A stretch of 64,000 nt of DNA from Candidatus Latescibacterota bacterium (GTDB lineage: Bacteria > Latescibacterota > UBA2968 > GCA-2709665). This document shows, piece by piece, positions 8,329 to 19,100 of the stretch. Both the position numbers and the translations under genes were made by a program. Location: positions 923,016-987,015 of the forward strand of contig OZ242180.1 of the NCBI GenBank assembly GCA_965205485.1, read 5' to 3'. The notes below the pieces were generated by a model, which made no database searches, was not told where the DNA came from, and was given only the letters and a program-made list of their open reading frames with translations. Each line of letters starts with the position of its first letter. Within the stretch, counting starts at the first letter, position 1.

Positions 8329-10362
8329 ATGTTGAGACTCGCCCTGCTGATCACGATCATTCTCTGCGTCTCCAGCCCGACGGCGGCCGCAAAGCGGGAC
8401 GCGTACAAGGTGGCGGCCCTGTTGGCCTCCGCGGCGGATACCTCACTGTCGCACATGAAGCGAGTGTCGCTGATGGAGCGGGCGGCCCGGTATGATCCAT
8501 CGGGAAGGGCGATGCACGCGCTGGCCAGGCACTATCTGAGCCGTGGCACGGTGTTGTCCAGACGGTTTGCGAGGCAGTGGGTGCACAGGGCGATGAAGCG
8601 CGAACCGGAGAACGCCGCATACGTCAAGACGTACGCGGAGATCTACTGGCAGGCGGGTTCGCGCGATGAATTCTACGAGCAGATCCGCCGGGCGATCGCG
8701 CTGTCGCCGAATGACGCGGACGCCCTCTATCAGGCCGGAAGATACGCCGCCCGTGAAATGATGTACAATCTCGAACGGGAAACCCTGAAATCGGGCCCGG
8801 AACGGAAGCGAAGGTTTAATTACGGGAATTACGGCGAAGCAATGCGGGAGCAGGCAATCGGCTATCTGAGCCGCGTTCTGGAAGTGGACCCGAAACATCG
8901 TCCCGCACGGATTCTGCTGGGCCAGGTCTACCTCGAGGGCCATATGGCCGTTCGGCTCGTGGAACTGTTCGAGGATTACGCGGAGCGCAACCCGGAAGAC
9001 TGGGATGCGTTTTTTTTCACCGGGCTGGGTTACCAGACACGAGAAGAACTGGACAAGGCATTCGCCGCCTATTCGGAAGGCCTGAAACAGATGTCAGGAT
9101 TGAAACAGCAATTCATCAGGTCGGTGGTGGTTTTGACGGACCGGGAGGCGTTGAGGGACGGGGGCGAACTTCCTGACGAAGAGACCCTGCGCCGGTTCTG
9201 GACAGGCCGGGACCCCTTGTTCCTGACACCGGGAAACGAGCGGATGCTTGAACACTGCAGGCGGGTGGCGTATGCCAATCTGAGGTTTGCCGATCCGGAC
9301 CGCGGCGTCGAAGGCTGGGAGACGGACCGCGGCCAGGTATACATAAGGTATGGACAACCGGGCGCGCGAAACATCTATCTGGACCGGATGAATTACGTGC
9401 TGCTCCGCGAGACGTGGCGCTATCCGGGGTTCAGCATAACGTTCGAACGCCTGGGTGAAAACAACTGGGACGTGCTGCAGGTTTCGATTCGGGGATCGGT
9501 ACGAAGCAAATACAAGGACCTCGTGGAGCGGGTTCCCGAGTACTACAGCGACCCGTACTGGCTGAAACGGTACGACGCGCCCTTCGAGATCGCGAGGTTT
9601 CGCGGCGAGGACGGCAAGACCCGGGTGGAGCTGTACTATGCGCTTTACGGCGAACACGTCGCGCACCGGGAGGTCAGTTCGGGATTGCAGGCGGTGGATC
9701 TCAGGCAGGGCCTGTTCCTGTTTGACGAAGGATGGCAGGAAGTCAGGAAGACCATTTCACCCATTCATCGAATGCCGTGGATCGAAGGCAATGCCGTGCG
9801 GGATGGATACCTTTTCTGGGGCGAGCGCCTTTCCATGGATCCGGGGACGTACCACCTGGCGGTCGAAACGGAGGACCTGAACAAACACAGCCTGGGGACC
9901 CTTCGCGATTCGTTGCAGATCAGGCGGTACGGCCGGGACAGGCTGGCAATCAGCGACCTGCTCCTGGCTCAGCGGGTGGTCGAACAGGACGATCGACCGT
10001 TCGGCCGGGACAGGTTTATGGTGTTGCCCAACCCGTTGAAGCAATGCCAGCGGGACGCCAGCATGTCGTTCTACTTCGAGGTCTACAATCTGAAGCGGGA
10101 CGAGTTCGGCGCCACCCGTTACCGGATCACTTACCAGACCCGCCTGCTTCCGGAAAAGTGGAAGGAAGAGGACGTGGTCATTCCCGAGTGGACAACGGCC
10201 GTGACCAACTCGTACAGAGAGACGAGGGATTGGCAGCCGCATTATCTCACCCTGGATATGGAGGGGTCCACGCCGGGACCATGGGCATTCAGGGTGATCG
10301 TGGAGGACCGGCAGGCGGAAAGCAGGGCGACGAGTTCGGCGGTGTTCCGCGTGATGCCGTGA
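8329..10362 (+). CDS. GWxTD domain-containing secreted protein (paralogue 2)
   Basis: Signal peptide MLRLALLITIILCVSSPTAAA. Core motif GVEGWETDRGQVYIRYGQP. Colinear similarity to 6033-8144 along the whole length. An in-frame TTG at 8317 is an alternative start. Confidence 0.75.
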   Translation: MLRLALLITIILCVSSPTAAAKRDAYKVAALLASAADTSLSHMKRVSLMERAARYDPSGRAMHALARHYLSRGTVLSRRFARQWVHRAMKREPENAAYVKTYAEIYWQAGSRDEFYEQIRRAIALSPNDADALYQAGRYAAREMMYNLERETLKSGPERKRRFNYGNYGEAMREQAIGYLSRVLEVDPKHRPARILLGQVYLEGHMAVRLVELFEDYAERNPEDWDAFFFTGLGYQTREELDKAFAAYSEGLKQMSGLKQQFIRSVVVLTDREALRDGGELPDEETLRRFWTGRDPLFLTPGNERMLEHCRRVAYANLRFADPDRGVEGWETDRGQVYIRYGQPGARNIYLDRMNYVLLRETWRYPGFSITFERLGENNWDVLQVSIRGSVRSKYKDLVERVPEYYSDPYWLKRYDAPFEIARFRGEDGKTRVELYYALYGEHVAHREVSSGLQAVDLRQGLFLFDEGWQEVRKTISPIHRMPWIEGNAVRDGYLFWGERLSMDPGTYHLAVETEDLNKHSLGTLRDSLQIRRYGRDRLAISDLLLAQRVVEQDDRPFGRDRFMVLPNPLKQCQRDASMSFYFEVYNLKRDEFGATRYRITYQTRLLPEKWKEEDVVIPEWTTAVTNSYRETRDWQPHYLTLDMEGSTPGPWAFRVIVEDRQAESRATSSAVFRVMP

Positions 10363-10393
10363 GCCTCGATCGAGACTCGGGCAAATAGGTAGG

Positions 10394-10421
10394 GCCGACG
10401 GAAATATCGTCGGTTTTTTTT
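10394..10421 (+). terminator. rho-independent terminator after the second GWxTD gene
   Basis: Hairpin CCGACG-gaaatat-CGTCGG followed by a T9 run. Confidence 0.5.
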
Positions 10422-10452
10422 GTGGCGGCAGGATTTCGGGTATGCAACACGC

Positions 10453-12432
10453 TCAGTAATTATGCACGCCGTGCCCCTGGCCCGGAAACCAGATCGCGTC
10501 AACGAGGAAGGAGAGTGTGATGGCCAGCACATAGCCGGTCAGGAGTCCCAGAAAGGCCGGCTGCCATTTTCTGTAGAGATTGACGCCGCCAACCTTGAGC
10601 AGGATGGCCTTGATCGCCCAGACGACGAAGATCGAAAAGAACGTGAGTTGGGTGTTCCATGAGAAGGCAATGGGAAATGCGATGGGGTGAAACGGCCACC
10701 ATGGCAGCCGGTAGTGCAGAAAGGTCAGCAGTGACATCGCGGCGGCGCCCACGCAGAACACGGCCAGACGCTCCCAACTGGTATCGAAGGGGCTTCTCAT
10801 CTGGGTAACGGTGAGGTCGTACGCGAAGCGTCCGGCGCTGGAGAAGGGCCAGGCGTTGAAATTGAAAGCGCCGGTCCGATAGCCCAGGAAGATGGTGAGG
10901 GCGAAGTCGGCCGCGAGGCCCACGACCACGACCAGTGCCAGGGCAGGCACAAGCCGCCGCCGGTTCCGGCGGATGAGGTCCGCGAGTCGGACCACGTGCA
11001 TGAAGGGCGCCATAAAGGTGCCCTTGCCCTGGCAGACGAGGCTGTACGTGAGGCTGATGCCGGACATGCTCGAGGGCGAAAGCGCACTGGTGCCGATCGT
11101 GTACAGGGCGGCGTACTGTTCGGTCAATGTAGTACGCATATAGGCCAGACCCGTCTCGCAGACGATTCGGGCGATGGATAGGTAGTTGACGATCAGGGCG
11201 GGCACGAGAAGCGCGACGAGTTTCCCCTGCATGCCCAGTTGGGAAAAGAAGGCGCAGACAAAGCTGAGGCTGCCGATGAGTCCGAACACGGCAAACCGGT
11301 ACGAGAGCAGTTCACCGGCGTCGTCGGCGTCCCCTTTCCCGAATGCCCTGGCGAAGACGGCCCTGATGTGGGTGCGGGCGGTCCAGAGATTCCACAGCAC
11401 CAGCACGGTCAGCGCGCCGAATCCCTGCCAGGCCGTGACCTCGGTTTCGGCGGAAAAGTTGAGCGGCTTGCGCGGGATCACGTATCCGATGCGGTTGATG
11501 ATGCCGTTTTCGAACCAGAAAAACAGCACGAAGAAGACCCAGATAGAGAACAGGATATTCAGGTTGGCGAAGTACGCGAATCCCGCTGTCAGAAAGTTGA
11601 TGCGGGTGTTGACCCGAGGAAAGCCTTTTGCAAAGACGACCCACTTGCCCTGCAAGGGGATCTTGGGCACGACCGGCCAGAAATAGTTGAGGATATTCCA
11701 GGAAATGGCGCCGAATCCCACGCCGAAACCGCCCCAGAAAAGCCCCCCACGAAGGGCATCCGGAAGAAAACCGCCACGGCTCCCGCGCGTGAGGGTAGCC
11801 CCCACGGATGCAAGCGGAAAGACCAGGCGCTCGTTCCGCACCCACTGCTTGCGGAGGATTACCGAGATACAGAACAGGAGCGTGCATAGGGCCAACAGGA
11901 AGAAGATCCAACTGATCAAAGGAGCAATCCAGGCGTGATAAGGCGCCTGCTGCCCCTCGGGCAGCCCCTCGTAGAACCATTTCATCGCGTGATTCTCGTT
12001 CGAGGGCACAGCCCACTCGGGAATATTTGGATGGAGATAGTTGGCCCACTGATTCTCAGGCGTGGCGAAATAGTAGACGCCGGAGAGAATGCCCAGAAGA
12101 AAGCCCGTGATGCCCGACGTCGGTACCACGGCGCCGACGAACCCCATCGCCAGGATGGTGAGCAGTTCGGACGACTGCAGGGCGCTGTGCGGACGGAGGC
12201 GGCGGACGAAGCCGTTGACGATGACCAGCACGAGGAAGGCGGCGAAGAGGGCGAGGGGGAAAAAGGAGAGCTGCATCCGCGAGGCGTGGATGACGTATTC
12301 GGTGGTTGAAATCCAGAAATTCACGACGAGCACGAGCAGCAGGCCGATGCCGACGGCGCGAAGCGTCACCGCGTCGGTCTTCAGTGCCGTTTGGGATTCG
12401 GACTCCGCTCGAGTTGCGGAACTCTGCGCCAT
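10453..12432 (-). CDS. large polytopic membrane protein of unknown family (M1; paralogue of 27922-29892 and 30012-31997)
   Basis: 659 aa with about 12 or more hydrophobic segments. Conserved block ATPENQW...P(S)N...FEGLP and a C-terminal FPGQGHGVH shared with the two paralogues. Confidence 0.7.
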   Translation of the reverse strand: MAQSSATRAESESQTALKTDAVTLRAVGIGLLLVLVVNFWISTTEYVIHASRMQLSFFPLALFAAFLVLVIVNGFVRRLRPHSALQSSELLTILAMGFVGAVVPTSGITGFLLGILSGVYYFATPENQWANYLHPNIPEWAVPSNENHAMKWFYEGLPEGQQAPYHAWIAPLISWIFFLLALCTLLFCISVILRKQWVRNERLVFPLASVGATLTRGSRGGFLPDALRGGLFWGGFGVGFGAISWNILNYFWPVVPKIPLQGKWVVFAKGFPRVNTRINFLTAGFAYFANLNILFSIWVFFVLFFWFENGIINRIGYVIPRKPLNFSAETEVTAWQGFGALTVLVLWNLWTARTHIRAVFARAFGKGDADDAGELLSYRFAVFGLIGSLSFVCAFFSQLGMQGKLVALLVPALIVNYLSIARIVCETGLAYMRTTLTEQYAALYTIGTSALSPSSMSGISLTYSLVCQGKGTFMAPFMHVVRLADLIRRNRRRLVPALALVVVVGLAADFALTIFLGYRTGAFNFNAWPFSSAGRFAYDLTVTQMRSPFDTSWERLAVFCVGAAAMSLLTFLHYRLPWWPFHPIAFPIAFSWNTQLTFFSIFVVWAIKAILLKVGGVNLYRKWQPAFLGLLTGYVLAITLSFLVDAIWFPGQGHGVHNY

Positions 12433-12462
12433 CTTTCCCTTTCAGTGGATCCCACCGCAAGA

Positions 12463-12487
12463 GGACGGGCGCCCACAAGGGACGCCC
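12463..12487. repeat. 25-bp exact repeat CGGGCGCCCACAAGGGACGCCCCTAC (second copy at 56527-56551)
   Basis: Identical string at two intergenic sites. Contains a GGGCG/CGCCC stem-forming inverted repeat. Confidence 0.5.
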
Positions 12488-12604
12488 CTACGATGCGAGG
12501 TAGTGGGAATTTTCACCAATACATAGAATCGAGAGCATATATTCTGCTCCCGCCTTTACCCTGTTTATCCTGTCCAACCCTGTTTGTCTCGTCTTCTAAA
12601 TTGC

Positions 12605-13573
12605 CTAAGTATCCTCCGGTTCCTTCAGCTTCCAGCCCGGATTCGTGCCGCCCTGCATGTCTGGCGGAAGGGGTTCCGCCAGATTGCCGTAGAGGCCGGG
12701 GCGGCGCGCGCGCAGATAGCGGTACCCGGAGGAGACCGGTATCTTATCGGGCGTGAGCAACCCCACCACGACGTCGTCCTCCAGCGCCTCCGACTCGACC
12801 AGGACTTCGCCGAACGGGTCCAGGATCATCGCATTGCCATTCTTGACGGTATCGTGATCCACGCCTATGGGATTCGTATAAACGGCGTAGACGCCGTTCT
12901 CATAGGCGCGCGCCGGCAGCCAGCGCATGAGCCAGCCACGACCCTTCGGTCCGTTAAATTCCTGCCGGAGCGATACCGGGTCGCGATGACGGTTCTCCCA
13001 GAGGGCGCGGTCGATGACGCCCCGGCCGGGCATGGCGGAGGGCAACCCGCAGGTAACGTGAGGCATGAAGATGATTTCCGCGCCCATCATCGCCGTCAGG
13101 CGCACGTTTTCAGGCAGGTTGTTGTCGTAGCAGATCAGGATGCCCAACCGGCAGCCGCGGAGGTCGAAGACGGTGAACGCGTCGCCGGAGTCGATGAACT
13201 TGCTGATGAAGGCGTGCAGCTTGCGATGCTTCGCGACGTAGCCCTCCGGACCCACGGCGACATAGGTGTTGTAGAGTGCATCGCGTTCCGCTTCCACAAG
13301 GCCGGCCAGTACGGCGACGTTGTATTCCCTTGCGATGTCGATAAGGCGATTCGTGGATGGACCGCCCGGAACGGGCTCGGCCAGTTCGGCGATCAGGGAA
13401 CGTGGGAGGGTCTGCAGAAAAGTGTAGCCCGGAATGCAGCATTCGTGGAAGGAGACGATTTCGGCGCCCGCGTCGACGGCCCGCCTCGTAAGGGCGTCGA
13501 TGCGGGAGAGGTTGTAGGGTTTGTCGGCATCCCGCGCTTCGAACTGTGCGGCGCCGACTCTGATGTCGCGCAT
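12605..13573 (-). CDS. carbon-nitrogen hydrolase (nitrilase superfamily)
   Basis: Catalytic triad context E (SFHECC), K (KHRKLH), C (ILICYD). 322 aa. Confidence 0.8.
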   Translation of the reverse strand: MRDIRVGAAQFEARDADKPYNLSRIDALTRRAVDAGAEIVSFHECCIPGYTFLQTLPRSLIAELAEPVPGGPSTNRLIDIAREYNVAVLAGLVEAERDALYNTYVAVGPEGYVAKHRKLHAFISKFIDSGDAFTVFDLRGCRLGILICYDNNLPENVRLTAMMGAEIIFMPHVTCGLPSAMPGRGVIDRALWENRHRDPVSLRQEFNGPKGRGWLMRWLPARAYENGVYAVYTNPIGVDHDTVKNGNAMILDPFGEVLVESEALEDDVVVGLLTPDKIPVSSGYRYLRARRPGLYGNLAEPLPPDMQGGTNPGWKLKEPEDT

Positions 13574-13664
13574 GAAATTCCGATCTTGCCGTCCGCGATC
13601 GGGCTGAAGGCAATCTAAAGGACTGGACTTCTCGGGCGTCTCCGCGGGAATTGGGGAAAGGACG

Positions 13665-14606
13665 TCAGGCCGTTCCGTCCACCAGCCCCTTCATGTAGCC
13701 GATGGCGTAGAGCCTTCCCATCAGGGTGTAGCCCGGCGGGTCGTTGGCTTCGCCGGAAAGCACCGGGACGTGGTCCGGCCGTATGGGTCCGGTGAAACCG
13801 ATGTCCCGGTACGCCCGGATGCACTCGGCCATGTCCGTGTCGCCCTCGTCATGGAAGGTCTCCTCGAAGCTGGGTACGGTTCCTCTCACGTCGCGGAAGT
13901 GGGAGAAATGGATCCTGTCCCCGAACCGGCGGATGGCTGCCGGCACGTCCGCGCCCATTGCTGCGAAGTTGCCCTGGCAGAAGGTAATGCCGTTGTATTC
14001 GCTGGGAACCATGTCGATGACGCGCTGGAACGCGTCTACGCTGGTGATGATGCGGCCGATTCCCCGGACGGGCGAGAGGGGCGGATCGTCAGGGTGCAGC
14101 GCCTGCCTTACGCCGGCCTCTTCGGCCACGGGAATGACACGCTCGAGAAAGTATTCCAGGGATTCCCAGAGCAGTGCTTCGCTCACTTCCCCATATTTCG
14201 TAGGGGGCGCGTCCTGCATCAGCGTGTCATCGTAACTGCTCACAAACGCATCTCCCCGGCCGCGCGTTGTGAAAGAGGTACGCATCCAGTTGAATACCGC
14301 CATCCAGTTCCAGCACATGATCCCGATACCGGCCGCGCCCAGGTTGCGGATGGTCTGGCAGTACGCGTCGATATCCGCGTCACGGCCATCCAGACCCAGC
14401 GTGATGCGGTTCGAGATCAGTACGGACTCCACCACGGACCACGTGAGACCCGCGTCCGCGATGCGTTGCTTGTGATGTACGATGGCGTCAAAGTCCCAGA
14501 TCGGCCCGCCGTTGGGAAGTGTCGTTACAAGGTCGGTCACGCCGATCTGGCGGGCGAGGGCCATCCGTTCTTCGTCGAGGGGCGACAGGACCAGTGCGAA
14601 TCTCAT
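13665..14606 (-). CDS. uxuA: mannonate dehydratase
   Basis: Blocks shared with E. coli UxuA: GLTWSVVESV, VIPVAEEAGVRQALHPDDPP, IRPDH, PPGYTLMGRL. Confidence 0.8.
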   Translation of the reverse strand: MRFALVLSPLDEERMALARQIGVTDLVTTLPNGGPIWDFDAIVHHKQRIADAGLTWSVVESVLISNRITLGLDGRDADIDAYCQTIRNLGAAGIGIMCWNWMAVFNWMRTSFTTRGRGDAFVSSYDDTLMQDAPPTKYGEVSEALLWESLEYFLERVIPVAEEAGVRQALHPDDPPLSPVRGIGRIITSVDAFQRVIDMVPSEYNGITFCQGNFAAMGADVPAAIRRFGDRIHFSHFRDVRGTVPSFEETFHDEGDTDMAECIRAYRDIGFTGPIRPDHVPVLSGEANDPPGYTLMGRLYAIGYMKGLVDGTA

Positions 14607-14976
14607 TGGATTGGTCTCCTAATCGGGTGTATGGACGGCGTGATGACATGTCGATCGTGCCACGGTTGAAAGGCCTACCAATTTATGCGATCAGGGATTG
14701 ATGCGCAAATCGAAAGGCGCCCTGAATAACGCATATCACGACAACCTGTGTACATTTAGATGCGCCCACAGCCCAACGCGTTTGGAATGCTGGGACGGAC
14801 TCAAACAGGTTCTACCCGAGGCGGTCCATACATTCCCCCCAAACGCGTTCAGTAAATACAAATGATGCCTCAGCCAAAAACAGGATTCGAGGCGTGAGGC
14901 ATCAGGTGTGCTGAGTAATAATACTTCTGTCGTAGAACGAATTGATCTGCGAGCACGTGAACGGATAGGGCTTATT

Positions 14977-15372
14977 TCAGTCCGGATCGATCTCGAATCC
15001 TTCGCTCCATCGCGCGATGCGCTGCAGAGTGATCCGGATCTTCGGCTGAATTCCGCAAATCGCACTGTGTGCGCGATTGTGTTCAGATGGAACGTGACGC
15101 ACTTCGTGACGTTCTCTTCGTACATCTGCTACTTTGAGCTCGACAATGCCGTTATCATCGGGAACTCTCGCTCGATTCTGCGACTGCCGGGGAGTTGAAT
15201 ATTTCGACCAATCTACAGACAGATAGCTACCTGCGAAGCTGAACAATCCGACCGGGAACTCGTGCGCCTTGTTTACCCTTTTTGATTTTCTGATCTCGTA
15301 GTACTTCTTCTTGTTTACGCGGTAATACAGCAAGTCGGAATTCGGTATGTACTCAATGTCCCACCTATGCAT
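14977..15372 (-). CDS. hypothetical basic (K/R-rich) protein, distal gene of a two-gene cassette in a low-GC islet
   Basis: 131 aa. Its start overlaps the stop of the upstream acidic ORF by 8 nt (ATGCATAG). Low-GC context. No recognisable domain. Confidence 0.35.
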   Translation of the reverse strand: MHRWDIEYIPNSDLLYYRVNKKKYYEIRKSKRVNKAHEFPVGLFSFAGSYLSVDWSKYSTPRQSQNRARVPDDNGIVELKVADVRRERHEVRHVPSEHNRAHSAICGIQPKIRITLQRIARWSEGFEIDPD

Positions 15373-15814
15373 TCAATTCCTCCATCCAGTGCGCGATCTC
15401 TTCTGGATCGGGTCTTTGTTCGCCCTGGATAGATCGTTCGCCGTTACAGTTGTCCCCGTAAAATGAAGATGAACCGTCAGCATTAAAGACAATCAATAGC
15501 TCGAAAAGAGGTGTTCGCCAATGAACGTCGACGCTTCCCCCGCTCGCCGGCAAGATCTCGACTTCTCTGGCGAGGCTTTCGCCATTTCCTTGCGAGCACA
15601 ACTCATTTACGAAATCGCTGGCGGACTTGACGGTAATTTCATCGAAAACGGGTGACCCTTCGCCATCCCAATCGGCTTCCAGACTAAATAGCCGTTGCTT
15701 CGCATTCTCGACTATGGCAGCGACGTCGCCTCCATTGCCTGCTGATGACTCATCAACTACAACAGCCTTCTCGTCTTGCCCGCGATATCTTACGTCTCTG
15801 TATTCCATCTGCAA
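15365..15814 (-). CDS. hypothetical acidic (D/E-rich) protein, proximal gene of the two-gene cassette
   Basis: 149 aa. No recognisable domain. Lies in the same low-GC islet. Confidence 0.4.
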   Translation of the reverse strand: MQMEYRDVRYRGQDEKAVVVDESSAGNGGDVAAIVENAKQRLFSLEADWDGEGSPVFDEITVKSASDFVNELCSQGNGESLAREVEILPASGGSVDVHWRTPLFELLIVFNADGSSSFYGDNCNGERSIQGEQRPDPEEIAHWMEELNA

Positions 15815-16168
15815 TACTCATCCAAAGGAGGTAGATGTCTTGCCAGAATTCCAGCGAGTCACCCACAAGGAACATCTCAAAGGTGTCGCCAATGAGAAAA
15901 TGCGTACGTCGGCCAGATCCTCTCAGATCTCGCATGCACAGATTGCAACAGATCAAACTCATCCAGGACGCATCCAAGTCCTGTACATGACCGGATAATC
16001 CGCAATGCAAGCGCAAAAGCCTGGAGATTGCGCGTCAGAAACCTGACGAAATACCGGCTCGGGAAAATATAGCCGAATCTTGAAATCTGTCAACGGTATT
16101 TCACCTTGAGACGATTTCAGAAACGTCGGCTTTGTTTGCTCTTGAAGGCAACTCCCAGGATTTCCACT

Positions 16169-19100
16169 TCAATTGGTTATGGTAGACGGCCTCTTCTGTC
16201 TAAGGCCTGGACTGACGGCGCTCACGCTGCCGCCGTCCGTCCCAACAAGAAGGGCGGACTCTCCATACACTGTCAGGGACTTTATAACGGTAACGCCGGC
16301 TTCCATGCGGTGGCTGCCCACGACCTCTCCGTCGAGAGAAAGAAACACAACCCACCCCTCGGAGGTCCCTGCAACGATTGTCTCCACTTCGTCTTCCTTG
16401 AGATGGACCAGACCGGTCACCCCGCCATCGAGGTCCCGGCGCCAGCGCTTCTTCCCCGTACCGCTCAACAGCGCCACGTGCCCGCTTTCGCTTCCCGCCG
16501 CGAATCCGTGTCCCGGAACCGTCACACCGTACCGGACGTCGTCTCCCAGGTTGGCCGTCCAGAGGATCTCTCCCGAAGTCGAATCCACCGTGTAGACATT
16601 TCCGTCCATGGCGCCGTAGACCGATTCCTTCACGCCGTCGCCATTCAGGTCCGCCAGGGCCAAAGCCGAGAAACAGGGGCCCCCGTTAACCGTCCACCGG
16701 ATCCTCCCGTCGGCCTCCAGCAGATTCGACGTGTAATATTCAGCGCCCACCAGGATTTCCTGCCTGCCGTCTCCCTCCACGTCGCCGACGACCATCGTCC
16801 GCGCGGCGTGGTGTTCGATCTGCCGCTGCCAGACTTCCTCTCCGTCCGACGCCAGCGCCCACACCAGCCACCCGTCCGTGGCTGTCAGGATCACCTGATT
16901 TCCGTCACCGGTCAGATCTGCCGTCGTCACCGCGTTCACATTCTGATCCACCCCGTGCGAATCTGAAAACCGGCGCTTCCAGCAGACCCCGCCTCCGGAA
17001 TCGAACAGCGTCAGCGCGCGGTCCCTTCCACCGGCCAGAAGTCTTCCTTCCTTAAGATCCGCGAGATGCACGGCGCGCACTTCGGCGCGTGTCTCGCGCG
17101 TCCAGCGAATCCGCCCTTCGGGGTCCAGCACGAGTACCTGCCCGCTGCCCGTCCCAACCGCAATCGAGTCAGCCTTCGCATCGGCGCATCGGACCGGTCC
17201 CCGGACCTGCGCCTCCCACAAACGCCTGAGGGACGTATCTTTCGGCACGAAACCGTATTTTCCCGGCGCCCTGCGATGCTCGTAAGGCGTGCCGGACCGG
17301 ACGGCCTCGCGCAGGACGTCCTCAAGACCGGCTTCCAGCGTGATCCGATGGGTTCCGGCCGTGAGTTTGTCCGCCTCTGGTTCCACCACCCCGTCAATAC
17401 AGATGCCCTCGGTCCGAGCCCGGGTCTCCTTGCTTGCGCGGACCTCACCCGCTCTCTCGCCCGGATACAGTACGATGTGCACCGGCACGTCGCATTCAAA
17501 CACCACGCCATTCGCCCACAGACCCGTCGCGTCAAGCAGTATCAGGTTTGATTCGGTCAACGCGAAAGCGGCGGCGGCGACCCTGAGCCCGCCTATTCGC
17601 GCTTCCCCGCCGTCAACGCCGAATACGGTCAGGCCGTCCGGGTGCGCCACCCTGACCCTGCCCTCTCCGATGCGCTCGATCCGCCAGGCATCGATCTCCG
17701 CTTCCGACCCCGCCACCATCAGGTTGAAATACCTTTCAACGTGTCCGGGCCGCCCGTGGAGCGCCTTGTGCTGGTTGAAGATCCGGATCGGGCCGTCCGC
17801 GAACGGATACAGTTCGTAGGGGTCGGTCCCTGCAACGCGGGCTTCCTCCGTCAGAAGCGACTTTTCCGAATCATCCGCATTCAGGAGCCGGAAATACACG
17901 CCCTCCTGTTCCACCGTCAGTTCGCATCCGTCCTGCCTGACCTCGCCCAGCGTCCGCCACAGGCACCTCAGATCGTAATCCGCGTCCCTGAGCAGCCTCA
18001 GCGAGTCCGCGATCAGAAAGAACCCGCCCCTCACCCAGAAGATATCCCGTGTCCAGTCCAGTCCGTTGTATTCCGGCACGACCGTACGCGTGAAGGCGGT
18101 CTTTCCGAAGGCCTCAGCCCACTTCAACGCCACCAGGGGCGGCATCTCCACGGTTTCACCGTCACAGATGGACACGACGGACGAGTGGTGTCGGGGCCGC
18201 TTCCAGATATAATCCAGATCCGCCAGCCACATCCGCCCCTTCCACGTGAGCCGCCCGATCGAGTTGCCGTCCTCGTGTCCGTGGGCGAAGGTTGACGTCC
18301 CGTCCAACAGGAGGTATTCGTCCCCGCTGTCGAAACCTCCGCGCAGAACCAGCTTGTCGAACGCTTCCTCGATCGCCACGTTCGCTCCGCCCTTTGCGTG
18401 CCGCTCCACCCAATCGTAAAGCGAACAGTTAAACGGCGCCACAGAGACCCCTGCCAGCCGATCGGGCGTGCGTTTCGGAAGCGCGCGGTAATAACAGCCG
18501 GGAAACGGCGCGCCGCCCATCCAGTCCAGCGCCCAGAGGTAGCTCGCGTCCTCATAGTACCAGGCCGCTGTGCAGAGCGCCATCGCGAGCTCGAGCGATA
18601 TCGTCTTGTTCTTGAGCGCCACGGCGTACCGCCCCTGCTCGATGTAGGACCACATGTCGCCGAAGCTCACCGGAACGCCGAGATTGTCCGTCACCTGTAT
18701 GCCGTAGTCGGCAAAAGTCCGGAGTTGCCCGTTCTCCAGGAAGCGGAAATCGTCCCGCTTCAAATCGTAGATCACCTGGTGATACGGCGCCAGCCAGCAG
18801 TAGCCCCACCACCCTCCGCCCGCATCGTCGTTCGGCTTGTAGCTGTTCGCCTGTCCGTCGAAAATCGCCCTGGAGTACCGGATCTGCTTCTCGAATCCCG
18901 TGATCCCGTAATAGTTCTGGAAATACTCCGTGCAAATCGAACCGCTCAGCCCCGCGAACGTCCAGTGGTTCTGCCGGATTTCCAGAGGCGGCGGCGTTTC
19001 GGCCTTGAAATAACGGGTGCCGGCCACGTAATTCGCGAGCCCCCACAGCACATTGGTGATCCGGAGGCGTTCCGCGTCGGTAAACGCATCGCTCTCCTCG

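Noticed and set aside
14736-15125. 129-aa ORF partly overlapping the basic cassette gene.
   Set aside because: It overlaps 14977-15372 by about 150 nt in another frame and has no start context.
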